Below are positions 12,862 through 24,103 of a DNA stretch of 64,000 bases, one piece after another. A program made the position numbers and the translations under genes. Origin of the DNA: Histomonas meleagridis 2922-C6/04-290x (lineage: Eukaryota; Protista; Parabasalia). Where the stretch lies: positions 124,001 through 188,000 of the forward strand of contig JAANOX010000055.1 of assembly GCA_020184695.1 (NCBI GenBank). The letters are read 5' to 3'. Positions within the stretch are counted from its first letter, which is position 1. Every line of letters begins with the position of its first letter. The notes under the pieces are model-generated. The model was not told the DNA's origin. It was given only the letters and a program-made list of their open reading frames with translations, and did not search any database.

Positions 12862-13204
12862 AAATGTTATATAATATAATTTTGTTTAATAAATACTTTC
12901 GCATTGAAGTTTTCATTAAATAATAAGTATGTAGAAATTGGATTATTATTCTAATTATAGCTTCTAATTACTAATCTTTTTAAAGAAAAGTTTTCATTAA
13001 TTTTAATTTAAATTAGAAGTCGATTTTATTATATACTATTTCATTGTTAATTTAATTTTTTTATTATATATCGTGAAAATTGGTTCCTCTTATAAAAAAA
13101 ATAAAAAAGGTTTAAGTTAAAAATAATTTGGCATTTTAAATAAAATTTTTTTATTTAAAACTAGCTTTTAAAAAGGAAGTTGGTTTTTAAGAAAAAAATT
13201 TAAG

Positions 13205-14134
13205 ATGAATTTTGATTTTGAAGCTGCATTAAATTACTTATGTAATCAAACTAATTTTAGATATTGTCGTTTAAATGAGCAACTTGAAGATAATAGTTGC
13301 CCTATAATTCAAAAGAAAATTGGTGGATTTCTTGTTGCAGATATTACATTTTTGATATTTGGAAGTGTTGTAGGATTATTTCTCATATTTTTTATTGGAT
13401 TTCTCAAAGGAATTCCTGTACAATATAAGAAACAAAGAAAATCACGTGGTCTGCATTTATGGAGAGGGAATCTTGTATTTTGGGGATTGTCTATACTTTG
13501 CTGGGTTGCTTCAGTGTCAATATTTCCTTCAGATGGACCTATTCAGCATTATTTATTAATTGCCAGAGGCTGCTTGGTAAATACAGCGCAAACTTTACTT
13601 TTAATTATAACTCTTATTGATATCCAAGTTATACCAAATGAAAACCTCAGTGTTGATATTTTTGCATTTATTTTATCGCTTGGTATTGGATCTATTTTTG
13701 CTTTGAACATTTTAAAACCAAATATATTAATTATAGTATTATTAGGTTTTATTTATCCATTAGGTTGCACACTATTCTTTTTGTTAGGAATGATTCCTGT
13801 TGTTATTTTTAGAGGGTTATTCAAATGTTTCATTTACTTAATTTTAATAGGATTATGTTTAATTGGGACATTTTTAATTGAACTTTTCCTTAACAACTTA
13901 ATTTGTGAAAAAATAAATGGTGGGTTTACATCTCCTTCATTATCTGTACTCGTTTTTGCTTTCTATCGTGTGTTTCTTCAACTATACTTCTTCGAGTTGA
14001 AGAAGTCTGAGAAATATGATGGACTTCCAGTGCATCCAAAGAAAGTTGAAGATGTTTCTTCTTCAGAGATTAATAAACCGCTACCAATTGACCTAAGTGA
14101 TTACTCTTATAGTTATACACATTCTGAATCATAA
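13205..14134 (+). CDS. Multi-pass (~7 TM) membrane protein, possibly Chs7-like
   Basis: 309 aa, about seven hydrophobic segments, Cys-containing N-terminus, TAAA stop. Confidence 0.7.
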   Translation: MNFDFEAALNYLCNQTNFRYCRLNEQLEDNSCPIIQKKIGGFLVADITFLIFGSVVGLFLIFFIGFLKGIPVQYKKQRKSRGLHLWRGNLVFWGLSILCWVASVSIFPSDGPIQHYLLIARGCLVNTAQTLLLIITLIDIQVIPNENLSVDIFAFILSLGIGSIFALNILKPNILIIVLLGFIYPLGCTLFFLLGMIPVVIFRGLFKCFIYLILIGLCLIGTFLIELFLNNLICEKINGGFTSPSLSVLVFAFYRVFLQLYFFELKKSEKYDGLPVHPKKVEDVSSSEINKPLPIDLSDYSYSYTHSES

Positions 14135-14253
14135 AAAAAGAAGTTCAAAAAGCATTCAATGAGTAAAATTATTTTCCTAATATCTTTTTCTAAAAATTAG
14201 GAGTAATGTCTTGATTCTTATAAAAAAACAAATATTGAAATTAGTAAATTTCT

Positions 14254-14598
14254 TTAGAGAATCTTCAAAAGCTCGATTTCGAAGATAAGTGTTGAGCCTG
14301 GTGGGATAAGGCCAGGGAATCCACGGTTTCCATATGCATAATCAGCTGCAATTGTGAACTTAGAGAGCTCACCTACTTTCATTGTAGCAACACCAAGGCT
14401 CCAACCAGCAATGACACCACTTCCGATTGTAAATTCGAATGGTTTTCCGCGGTCTCTTGATGAATCAAACTTCTTCCCATTTGTTAATGTTCCGACATAG
14501 TGAACTTGAACCTTTTGTCCTCTTTGAGGAATTGGTCCAGATCCTTCGCGGATGATATCCTTTGTAACTTTTCCGTCTCCAGTAACTTGGATAGACAT
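14254..14598 (-). CDS. FKBP12: FKBP12-type peptidyl-prolyl isomerase
   Basis: VHYVGTLTNGKKFDSSRDRGKPFEFTIG, GVIAGW, AYGNRGFPGLIPPGSTLIFEIELLK. ATG at 14598. Confidence 0.95.
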   Translation of the reverse strand: MSIQVTGDGKVTKDIIREGSGPIPQRGQKVQVHYVGTLTNGKKFDSSRDRGKPFEFTIGSGVIAGWSLGVATMKVGELSKFTIAADYAYGNRGFPGLIPPGSTLIFEIELLKIL

Positions 14599-14717
14599 TG
14601 CAAAAGTGTTCAAATTTGAATGCTTTGAAATCAATTCAATTTTCAAAGTATTATCAAAAAGTGATCATCCAAACACAATTTCTGGATGCCCACAAGTGGG
14701 CATTTTTATTACTGTGT

Positions 14718-14722
14718 TCATT
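14718..14722 (+). promoter_or_regulatory. Trichomonad initiator (Inr)-like TCATT
   Basis: TCATT ends 8 nt upstream of ATG 14730, matching the TCAYW initiator of trichomonads. Confidence 0.5.
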
Positions 14723-14729
14723 TTCCATA

Positions 14730-16059
14730 ATGGATGATAAATACCAATTAGTTAATGAAATCGGGGTGGATCTCATGTAATAATTCAGAAAGTAACTAAC
14801 GCCAATGGAGAATATTTTGTAAGAAAAAATTTTTTTCGAAAAATTTGAGTCAAGATGAATTAAGTGCCATACAAAATGAACTCATTACTCTTATGAAATT
14901 GAACCATCCAAGCATTATTAAATTTATTGAATTTGATCAAAGCGGAGATTTTTTTAATATTATTATGGAATATGCTGATAAAGGTGATTTATCAGATAGG
15001 ATAAGGAATCTTGTTGAGTCAAATGCAAAAATGCCAGAAGATGAAGTTCTATTTTATTTTATTCAATTGTTATTTGGTATAAACTATATTCATTCCAACA
15101 AAGTTATTCATGGCGACATCAAACCGGCAAACATTTTTGTCTTGGATGATAACATAATTAAGATTGGTGATTTTGGTGCATCCAAAATCCTTCAAACTCT
15201 TAATGAAAAATGCGGATCATTTGTTGGAACTATGCAATATATTTCACCAGAAATTATAAGAAACATACAGTATGATTTTAAATCTGATATTTGGGCACTT
15301 GGGTGTGTTTTATATGAAATGTGCACGCTTAAACCAGCATTTCCTTATACAGGTTCACTTTCAATACATAAAAAACTTTTACTCAGTGGCAAATATAAAC
15401 CAATTTCAAATGAATATAGCAAAGAATTACGTGAACTTGTTTCAAGTATGTTATCTCTTAAGCCATCAAACCGCCCAACTACTTCTGAGATTTTTCGAAG
15501 TCCATTTATTCAAAGACGAATAAATTGCAAAATAATAAATTCGAATATCTATAAAAATCCACAAAAATTAAAAATCGTTTTGTTCGGTGATTCTGGTGTG
15601 GGCAAAACTTCGATTATATCACGATTTCTATATGATAAATTCGATGAAAATCATATTCCGACAACGTCAACATTTAGTGGCATTAAAAATATTACAGTAA
15701 ATGAAAAAACTTTTAATATATCAATTTTGGATATAACAAATGATGTTAATGTTCGCGTGGTGCAATGTATTGCGACTTCATTATTCATCATTGTTTATTC
15801 AGTTGATGATAAAAATAGTTTTAAGAATATAACTAAACATTTTAACGAAATTAGAAAAATAACCTTGTATCCTTTGATTGTTTTATGCGCAAATAAAAAT
15901 GACTTAGAAAATAAAGTGGTGACTGATGAAGAAGGAGAAACAAAAGCAAATGAAATGAAGGCGAAGTACTACACCATAAGTGCAAAAACTGGTAATAACG
16001 TGAAGCAGATGTTCGATGATATCGCTGAAAACATAGCTAACATGCATTTAAATGCATAG
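14730..16059 (+). CDS. NEK-family kinase fused to a C-terminal Rab/Ras-like GTPase domain
   Basis: Kinase motifs HGDIKPAN, DFG, GTMQYISPE, SDIWALGC, followed by GDSGVGKT, NKND and SAK. The N-terminus (MDDKYQLVNEIGxGSHVIIQKV..FVRK) is recovered from ATG 14730 by adding 1 nt at the G run 14763-14766 and 1 nt at the A/T run 14824-14836. Confidence 0.85.
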
Positions 16060-16876
16060 TTTTATGTTAAATAAAAGTTTTCTTTTAATAAAATTATATT
16101 GTCAATAAAGTCACTTAAGTTGTAACTTGGAATAGTTATAAATAAAACAAAAATATTTTTTTTTTCTTTATATTAAGTAGCAATGTAAATTCTGTTTTGT
16201 TAAAAAAGTAATGATTATTGCAAGGTCTTTTATAGGTGTTCATGAAAATACAGTACATCAGAAAAAAATGGACTTTAAAAAATCCTTTCTTTGGAGGAGT
16301 TACATGCGGGAAAGAGGAAAAAGGATTGAATTTTTTGATACATCTTTTTGGCAAAGCTTTAACACACATTAAAGACAAAAGTAATTGCGTTTTAACCATG
16401 CTTCATAAATAATATTTTAATTAAATTTGTTTTTTAATTTGTGTGGGTTTGGTTTCTAAAGCAAAAAATCATTTTTCAAACATGACAAAGCTGAATGGTT
16501 ATTAATATAGTTTATTGATTTTTTAGAAGCCTATTAATGTGCAGAATCTGCACTGTAGACGGATATTTTAAGTAACTCTAAGTTGTAGGCTTTACATACC
16601 ATCCAAGACAAAATTTGTTTTACATGAGCAAAATGATTTTGATGCCCTGCCAATTGAACATTTTGAGCAAAATAATAGAACAAAAATTTTCTATTAATTT
16701 TTTTGTTTCATATAAAAAAAAGTTAATTTTTCGCATTAAATTTTTACTTATACCAAGAAAAAACAAGCCTACACATATTTTTTAGCATTCACGAGTCGCG
16801 ATCGATTGTTTTTACAAAATGTTATGTTTCGATTACTTAGATATGAATTTTTTCTACATTATGTATGATATGTAGA

Positions 16877-17187
16877 TTATAAACTTAAAAATTCTTCAAT
16901 ATCAATTCCTTCTTGTTCAAGAAGTAATTTAACTGTTTCTGTATGGTTTTTATAACATGTTCTCATAAGTGCTGTATTAAATTATTTGAATAAGTTCCAA
17001 ACATTGTTTTGAAATTCATGATATTAAAAAAAATATTAAATAAAATATATAAATATTTTTAGTATTAATATCAATTCCTTTTTGTTCAAGAAGTAGTTTA
17101 ACTATTTCTATATGATTATTATCAGATGCAAACATAAGTGCTGCGTCAATAAATTTAAATAATATCCATATAAATTTAAATTTCCAT
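16877..17187 (-). other. Spacer-interrupted ankyrin-repeat array B (2 modules, 5' truncated)
   Basis: 17144-17055 AALMFASDNNHIEIVKLLLEQKGIDINTKN; 79-nt spacer; 16975-16877 TALMRTCYKNHTETVKLLLEQEGIDIEEFLSL*. Missed by the ORF track. Confidence 0.85.
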
Positions 17188-17375
17188 AAGTTCGCAACCT
17201 CAAAATATCACAGTACAAGCTCCTCTTAGCACACATAACAATAACACAAGTTTTATTCCAGATCTTGGGAAAAGATCTGGAAATGATCAAAATTATTTTT
17301 CAAGTTCGCAACCTCAAAATATCACAATACAAGCCTCTTAGCACACATAATAATGATAGAAGTTTTATTCCAGAT
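17188..17375 (+). repeat. Imperfect ~75-nt direct repeat, period 114 nt
   Basis: AAGTTCGCAACCTCAAAATATCAC...TTTTATTCCAGAT at 17188-17263 and 17302-17375; encodes SSQPQNIT..LSTHNN..SFIPD. Confidence 0.85.
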
Positions 17376-19116
17376 ATTAATAAATGCATCCTTTCTCAAC
17401 ATCCAAATCTTGCCCAATTTGTGAATCCAAATCCTGTTTCTAATTATGTTTCTTCTAATAAGGAGACAGAAAAAGAGCAAGAGAAGAGAACGGAAATGTT
17501 TGCCCTGCTAAATAGCTTTATAATAAATAATCCTCAGTGTGCAACCGATTTAATACGAGAGTTGATAAATGCATCGACTAACGAATCTACTCTTTCTACA
17601 AAACAGGTAATGATTTACATGGAAAAACTTACTGGAAAGACCTTCGCACAAATAAGAGAGAAGCATAAATTATGTGGTGATTAAGTGGTTGGACGAATAT
17701 TATTGAGAACAGCTTGTGGGAAATATTGGGACAAAAACTTAAAGGGAGGTGGGGAGCCAATCTATTCTGATTCGGATATGAAGAAGTTCATAGATATAGT
17801 TCATGAAAGAGAAAATGATATAAATTGTTTGTCAACATGTGAGGCAATGAAAATATCAACAACTCTCATAAAAGAGAGAGCTGAAAAAGCCAGAAAACTA
17901 TTGGAAATATGCAACTGCAAAAAAATATTTACGAGAGTGAGAGAAACACATTATGATGTAATTTGGTATCAAAAAATGGCTAAAGCAAGAAAATCTAAGT
18001 GTGGATCTTGCTGCTGAATTGGAAACTTTAAGAAGAATTGCTTGTGATTAAGTTGCAATAGAAGACTTTTTTTCCAAGCATTCTCACCTACTAAAGAGGG
18101 ATCCTGCATTAATTTTTAACATGGATGAAACTATGGTTTCATCAAAAGAGAAATATAAGGTATTGGTAACTCAAGGCAAAATCTCACTTACAGAATCATG
18201 TCCAGTATTTCCACACATCATCGCTTGTATATAGGTATCTGCAAGTGGATATGTATGAAACCATTGTTTTACCTAAAGGATAAAAAAATATTAAGTGGGC
18301 TTGAAGAATTCAAAGAACTTGGGCATTTTGCAACATCACCAACAGGTTGGTCCAACAAAAAACTATTTACTTACTGGGCATATACATTCTTAGCTGAAAT
18401 TCAAATTTATAGACTGCAGCTTAAACCAGAACTGAGAAAACAGAGGATTCTATTGCTGGTTGATGGACATTCAAGTAGGTCCGATTATAATGTTGCAAGA
18501 TAATTTGAGATGTTTGGGATTGATATATTAGTATTTCCTGGGCATACTTCTCATTTATTACAGCCTTTTGATGTTGCTATAGCTTCACCATTGAAGACAA
18601 TATATACGAAAAAGTTATTGCAATATGAGCTAAGTTTATTTGGTGGTACTGATAGAACTCAGAGGAATATCAAAGCTATAAGAATTATGATGATAAAATG
18701 TCTGGTATCTGCATTATCAGAAGCTGCTTCAATTGATAATATTCAAAGCGGGTTTAGAGCCTCAGGATTATATCCATTAAATCCAAAAATTTTTTTTATC
18801 TAGTCAATATGAAATGGAGACTTCCTCAAAAATCAAATTTCCTGAATTATATGACAAAATTCAAAATGGAAATTTGGTAAATAATCACCATTTGAATGGA
18901 AGCCTGGTAACCTTGAAATTTGTTTATGATGTAGAAAATAATAGGAGTTTGACGACCATTGACCCAGTTTATTTTCTAGAAAAAATGAAGTGTGATATCA
19001 AATTTTTCTATGCATATACTGAAAAAATGGGGGGAATTTTGACACCTGTTCCAGATCTGATCATAGAAAATACCAATGGAATCAAAAGAATCCACTTGGA
19101 CGAAAAATATTGCTAA
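17188..19116 (+). mobile_element. Decayed pogo/Fot-like (DDE_1, DD35D) transposase
   Basis: LIFNMDET (D at 18124), LLVDGHSSR and VFPGHTSHLLQPFD, with 35 residues between the last two Asp. Several in-frame stops (17682, 18015, 18501, 18801) and frameshifts. No TIRs identified. Confidence 0.8.
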
Positions 19117-20237
19117 ATGAACAATTAGCATAAAATATTCTATTGTTATATATGTTCAAAATGAATGAAACATTTTACATTAACAATGTTGAGTCTGTTG
19201 AATCTATTTAGTTCGATTATACAATTTTGTTGGTTTAAAAAATGATAAAATATAAGCTAATAATCTCATTTTGTAATAAGGAAGTAAAATTAGTCAAAAT
19301 ATGTTTATAATTTATTCTTTAAATTTACTCTAATGGTATTCAATATCTTTAATATTTTAGTCAGTAAATTCTAAATATTTGACGAGATATTTTTGTTTAA
19401 TTTTTTTCATTCAATTTTGAATAGCATTTTTTTCTATGGTTTACATCAATAAAGGTGAAGTGATAATAAATTTGAATTGTTTATATGACTCCATATGACC
19501 AAATAGTAATTCAAAAAACCGTGATGTATACAAATCCAATATACCTTATAGTGGACAATTCAATGACTACCGGTTCATTCCGCTCTCTGTAATACAATGT
19601 CACTTTTTCTCTCAGAAAATAAAATTGACAACAAGCTAGCAGGAACCCGTTTACTTATCGATATCCTTAACGAAAAACAATAAGAAATATGGTCGAGCTG
19701 TTACTGTTTATTTCTGGTATCATTGCTAAAACCTCAGGTCGAAATCAATTGATTGTAATTTTTTTAGACTAATATCATCTTTTTTATAAATATCATCTTC
19801 TGATTTTTCCACCCAGAAAACTGTCGTCTAACAGCGGTGAAAAACAAATATATATAAATAAAATGGATTTAAATGATAATCAAACCAGTAACAATTATAC
19901 AACCGAAGAAAAAGACCAGAAATCTTATTAAATACAATATGAATAAGAAAATCTATAAATTTGCGAAATTTAACTCAAATTTTTTGCGGAAACTTTATAA
20001 AGTACATCAGGAAAATATTTAAAAAAAATCGAACATATTATGGCTAAAAAACAAAATTATCAACAAAGTATACAATCAAAATGCTCTTTCTGCGACAAAC
20101 GTAGTTCATATGGCAAATAAGTTAACCAATGCACAATAAACCTGACGCAGATCTCAAAATAATTCATAAATAACTGTTCCGTATTTATTTGCGATTATGT
20201 ATTTTCTAATTTATATATTATCAAATCAAAATGAGTT

Positions 20238-21869
20238 TTATTCATCGTCATCGTCCTTCTTCTTTTCATCAGGTTTCAGTTTGATCAAATCATCGATTCT
20301 TAATATTGTAATTGCCGCTTCAGTTGCGAATTGTATTGACTTAACCTTTGACATTGCAGGCTCCAAAACTCCGTCCTTGAATCCGTCTCTAATTTTATTC
20401 TCTACCAAATCCAAAGCAGCGAAACATTTTTCGCCATTCTCTTGTGCCTTATAATGTGCTGCCCTTAACTTTGCCACGAGTTCGATTGAATCCAATGCGG
20501 CGTTGTTCGCCAATATCTTTGGTATGACAAGTAATGCCTCAGCGAATTTGAGCATTGCAATTTGTTCTTTTCCTTCATAGTTAGTTGCTGCCTTTGATAA
20601 GTATACTGAAAGTCCGGCTTCGACTGCGCCACCGCCTGATGTTACATGATGTGATTCGATGACTCTTTTGATGGCATTTAATGCATCTCTTAGTGTACGA
20701 TTGGCTTCGTCTAATGTGTATGTGTTAGGGCCACGTAATACAATTGAAGCAGAGTTCTCTGCAGCTGCTTCACGTACTACAATCATTTCATTGTCACCAA
20801 TTGGTACTTGTTCAACACACTTGCAGCGACCAAGCCATGCTGGATCAAATTTGGTGTTTCCTTCGGCATCAACAACTTCTTTAACAATTGTAGCGCCAGT
20901 TGCACGTGCAACCGCGGCAATTTCGCCTTCTGATACATGGCGAATACCAATGATGCCATGGCGAATCATGGGCTTTAGAGATGCCTCGTCAATTGTCTTT
21001 GATGTGATTATGACATTGGCGCCGGCAGAAATGATGGCATCAACAATCTTTCGGCATTGTTCAACTTCTTCATGTTGGATTTGGTTGAGCTTGGAGGCAT
21101 CCTTGAGACGGAATTGAACACCCATTGGAAGACGCGTGCGAGAAAGACTAAAATCAAGAACCGCAATCTTAACATCTTCAACTTTGCGTGGCATGGCTTC
21201 GGCTGAACGTGTGGCATTGATGGCTAAGCCATTGGCAATGAGAGATGACTCAGGAAGTGATTTACCAAGTGATTTGACAATGTTGATCTTGGAAACTGGA
21301 CATTTGTTAGTCTTTCCTTTGACACAAAGACAGGCATCAACAACAATGTTAGCAAAGAAATCAGCATATGCATGAAGAATCTTGGATGACATTGATGTTT
21401 TGGCAACATTGATAAGAATATCACGATCAAGACCTGTGTTGGCAACAGAAAGATTTTTCTTAAGATAAGCAACTGCCATACGGCCTGCACGACGATATCC
21501 TGCAATAACTGTATTTGGATGAACTTTTTGATCAATTAAATCTTGACCAAGACGAAGAAGTTCTGCAGCGAGAAGAACAACTGTTGTTGTTCCATCACCA
21601 ACTTCACGATCTTGGAGTTCAGAAAGTTGAATAAGAACTTTACCTGCTGGATGTTGAACATCAAGATTTTGAAGGATTGTTGCACCATCATTTGTGATTG
21701 TAACTTCACCCATATCATCAACAAGCATCTTATCAAGACCAATTGGACCAAGAGAAGATCGGACAACATTAGCAACTGCTATGGCAGCACGTGTATTTTG
21801 AACACGAACTGTTTCACCTGTTTGTCTTTCTCCATTGAGTTTAAGAGAACCTGGGGAAACTGGTATCAT
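20238..21869 (-). CDS. CCT1: Chaperonin CCT alpha subunit
   Basis: [56 protein letters not shown]; alpha-type N-terminus ([13 protein letters not shown]). Confidence 0.95.
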   Translation of the reverse strand: MIPVSPGSLKLNGERQTGETVRVQNTRAAIAVANVVRSSLGPIGLDKMLVDDMGEVTITNDGATILQNLDVQHPAGKVLIQLSELQDREVGDGTTTVVLLAAELLRLGQDLIDQKVHPNTVIAGYRRAGRMAVAYLKKNLSVANTGLDRDILINVAKTSMSSKILHAYADFFANIVVDACLCVKGKTNKCPVSKINIVKSLGKSLPESSLIANGLAINATRSAEAMPRKVEDVKIAVLDFSLSRTRLPMGVQFRLKDASKLNQIQHEEVEQCRKIVDAIISAGANVIITSKTIDEASLKPMIRHGIIGIRHVSEGEIAAVARATGATIVKEVVDAEGNTKFDPAWLGRCKCVEQVPIGDNEMIVVREAAAENSASIVLRGPNTYTLDEANRTLRDALNAIKRVIESHHVTSGGGAVEAGLSVYLSKAATNYEGKEQIAMLKFAEALLVIPKILANNAALDSIELVAKLRAAHYKAQENGEKCFAALDLVENKIRDGFKDGVLEPAMSKVKSIQFATEAAITILRIDDLIKLKPDEKKKDDDDE

Positions 21870-21890
21870 CCTTTAAAGTGGCCAAACACA

Positions 21891-21983
21891 AAAGTGACAA
21901 AACAAAACGTTCTCTTACCACAAAAGTGACGTTACTAAACGTTTCCTAACGCTAAAACGTACGTTTTTACGAACAAAAGTGAC
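21891..21983. promoter_or_regulatory. Three CAAAAGTGAC motifs in the CCT1/Nfu bidirectional promoter
   Basis: AAAGTGAC at 21891, 21923 and 21976 within a 164-bp head-to-head intergenic region. Confidence 0.6.
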
Positions 21984-22033
21984 AAAAGTTGGTTTTTTAT
22001 GAAAAAAGTGCTTTAGACCATTATTTTTATTAA

Positions 22034-22348
22034 ATGCTTTCTTTTGTAAGTAAATCAACTCCAAGCTTATTCTCACGGTTTTTTTGCAAGGAGGACATGA
22101 CTCAAAAACTATTCGAAAAAGTAGACAAAATTGTTGAAGAAAGAATCCGTCCTATGATTAAGATGGATGGAGGTGATATAACTTTAGAAGATATCCAGGA
22201 TGGAGTTATGGTGGTTTCTTTGACTGGTGCTTGCTCACATTGTCCATCTAAAAAAGGAACATTAAGAAATGGTGTTCTTGAATGTGTTCAAGAAGAAGTC
22301 CCTGAAATTGTTGGTATTAGAGAAAAACTAGATTTTGAAGATTTTTAA
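22034..22348 (+). CDS. NFU1: Nfu (NifU C-terminal domain) Fe-S carrier, likely hydrogenosomal
   Basis: IRPMIKMDGGDI, LTGACSHCPS (CxxC), LRNGV; presequence-like MLSFVSKSTPSLFSRFF. Confidence 0.9.
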   Translation: MLSFVSKSTPSLFSRFFCKEDMTQKLFEKVDKIVEERIRPMIKMDGGDITLEDIQDGVMVVSLTGACSHCPSKKGTLRNGVLECVQEEVPEIVGIREKLDFEDF

Positions 22349-22541
22349 AAATATAAATTAATTTTTGAAAAATATTTTTTTTGAAAATAGTATTCTGTAT
22401 TGATCAAACAGTTTGCCAAACACTTGTTGCTTTACAACATCCTACGAGCTTTAAATTTACTCGTGAAATGAGCTGTGTAATGCACCTCATTAAATCCGTT
22501 TTTAAATTTTGAATGATTTATACGAAAAATAACGTTCTCCA

Positions 22542-23684
22542 ATGGACAAAACTGATCAAGCCACAAAATTACCACACCATGGAAGAAAATGTAATTTTGT
22601 TTTTCCTCCAAAAGAAGACGGTAAGGCAGTGTATGAATATCAAAATACTTATTTTAAATATATAGGCGATTGGAAAAATGGAAAAAAAGAAGGATTTGGG
22701 AAATTCCAAATAGGGAAAGATAGTTACTACGAGGGCGAGTTTAAAAATGGTGAAATAACTGGCGTAGGAGATCGTTTTTTTGCAAATGGAAATCATTATC
22801 ATGGTGAATTCAAAGAAGGAGAATTTAATGGTCATGGAAAATTTATTGATGCTAAAACAGGAGAAGAGTATGAAGGAGAGTGGAAAAATAATCGAAGAAA
22901 TGGTGAAGGAGTATTAAAAATGCCTAATGGCACACAATACATTGGACATTTTAAAAACCATGCTCGTGATGGTGAAGGAAAGTGCACTTTTGTAGACGGG
23001 ACTCATTATGAAGGCCAATGGTCACATAATAAGATTGAAGGATTTGGAAAAATGTTATATCCAAATGGTGATACATATGAAGGTAACTTTGTAGATGGTA
23101 AAAAGCAAGGGCAAGGAAAGCAGACATGGGCTTCTAATGGGCTTTCATTTGAAGGTGAATGGACAAATGATCAATCTCAATATCAACCCACATCTTTTTC
23201 ACTTTCAGAACTCCCACCAATTACACCCGGGACAACTCTTGATAACATCATCATTACAATTGTTGGAGGCACTGGTGAAAGTGGAAGAGTTATAAAAGTT
23301 TCTATTGAAATTGGTCGCATTGATCCAAATTCACATCAAAAAAAGACGCCAAGAACAAAGAAAAATGAACCAGTCGAACACATTCCTGTTTATATGATTT
23401 TAGACAAAGAAACAGAGTCAACGTTTCTAACATTAACAATTCAAAATGGTTCTATAAAATTACCGCCAATCCCTGTTCCAACAGACGCAAAACAAAACAC
23501 ATATTCGTTAACGGTCACCGACTTGTCAAGTGAAAATCCGTTACCAGAACTTATCACAAATTTCCAATGGCAAGGAATTCAAAACTCAGCAACATCAGAA
23601 AAACCAGCAAATAGAGGGCGTGCAACCCGAAGAGGAGGTAAGGTTGGAGGTCGGTTAGCTGAGAAAAGAAATACACATAAATAA
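22542..23684 (+). CDS. MORN-repeat protein
   Basis: About eight YxGxWxxGxxxGxG repeats and a basic C-terminal tail. Confidence 0.9.
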   Translation: MDKTDQATKLPHHGRKCNFVFPPKEDGKAVYEYQNTYFKYIGDWKNGKKEGFGKFQIGKDSYYEGEFKNGEITGVGDRFFANGNHYHGEFKEGEFNGHGKFIDAKTGEEYEGEWKNNRRNGEGVLKMPNGTQYIGHFKNHARDGEGKCTFVDGTHYEGQWSHNKIEGFGKMLYPNGDTYEGNFVDGKKQGQGKQTWASNGLSFEGEWTNDQSQYQPTSFSLSELPPITPGTTLDNIIITIVGGTGESGRVIKVSIEIGRIDPNSHQKKTPRTKKNEPVEHIPVYMILDKETESTFLTLTIQNGSIKLPPIPVPTDAKQNTYSLTVTDLSSENPLPELITNFQWQGIQNSATSEKPANRGRATRRGGKVGGRLAEKRNTHK

Positions 23685-24103
23685 AATGTCTGTAATTTAC
23701 AAACAATTTACTTCAAGTTATTTCTTTGGTTTACAGTGGCCAAATAATATTATTTCTGAGGATTTGACATCAATGACAATTTATTATTTGAAATTTTTTG
23801 TTCTCCACATAATTTTGAACGTAACGTTACATTATTGTTTCAGAAAAGTCTGAAGGTTTATTATGACACTTTTTTGGATATTCGTGCAAGTTTTTACAAT
23901 TATATGATCGCTATAAAATGTATTAAGGAACTTAGGAGTGATGGAGAATGTCTAAAGAACAAATGATATTATTGTCACAACATATAATTCAATAAACGTT
24001 ACAGAAAACACCTTCGAAAAACAAATATTTCGTTTTCGAAAAACTAAAAAAAACTACCATTTAAATTCAATAGGGTATTCAATTTGTTTTAAAACAGGTA
24101 TCC

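Noticed and set aside
14763-14836. Programmed frameshifting in kinase, G-alpha and RhoGEF genes
   Set aside because: Shifts are 1-2 nt changes in homopolymer or dinucleotide runs and differ between duplicate copies; consensus error is the simpler explanation.
19117-20200. Right TIR of the pogo-like element
   Set aside because: No inverted match to the left flank found by eye; the left end appears truncated.
22440-22495. Two small hairpins between Nfu and MORN as a possible ncRNA
   Set aside because: Stems of only 5-6 bp, no snoRNA boxes recognised; compatible with chance.
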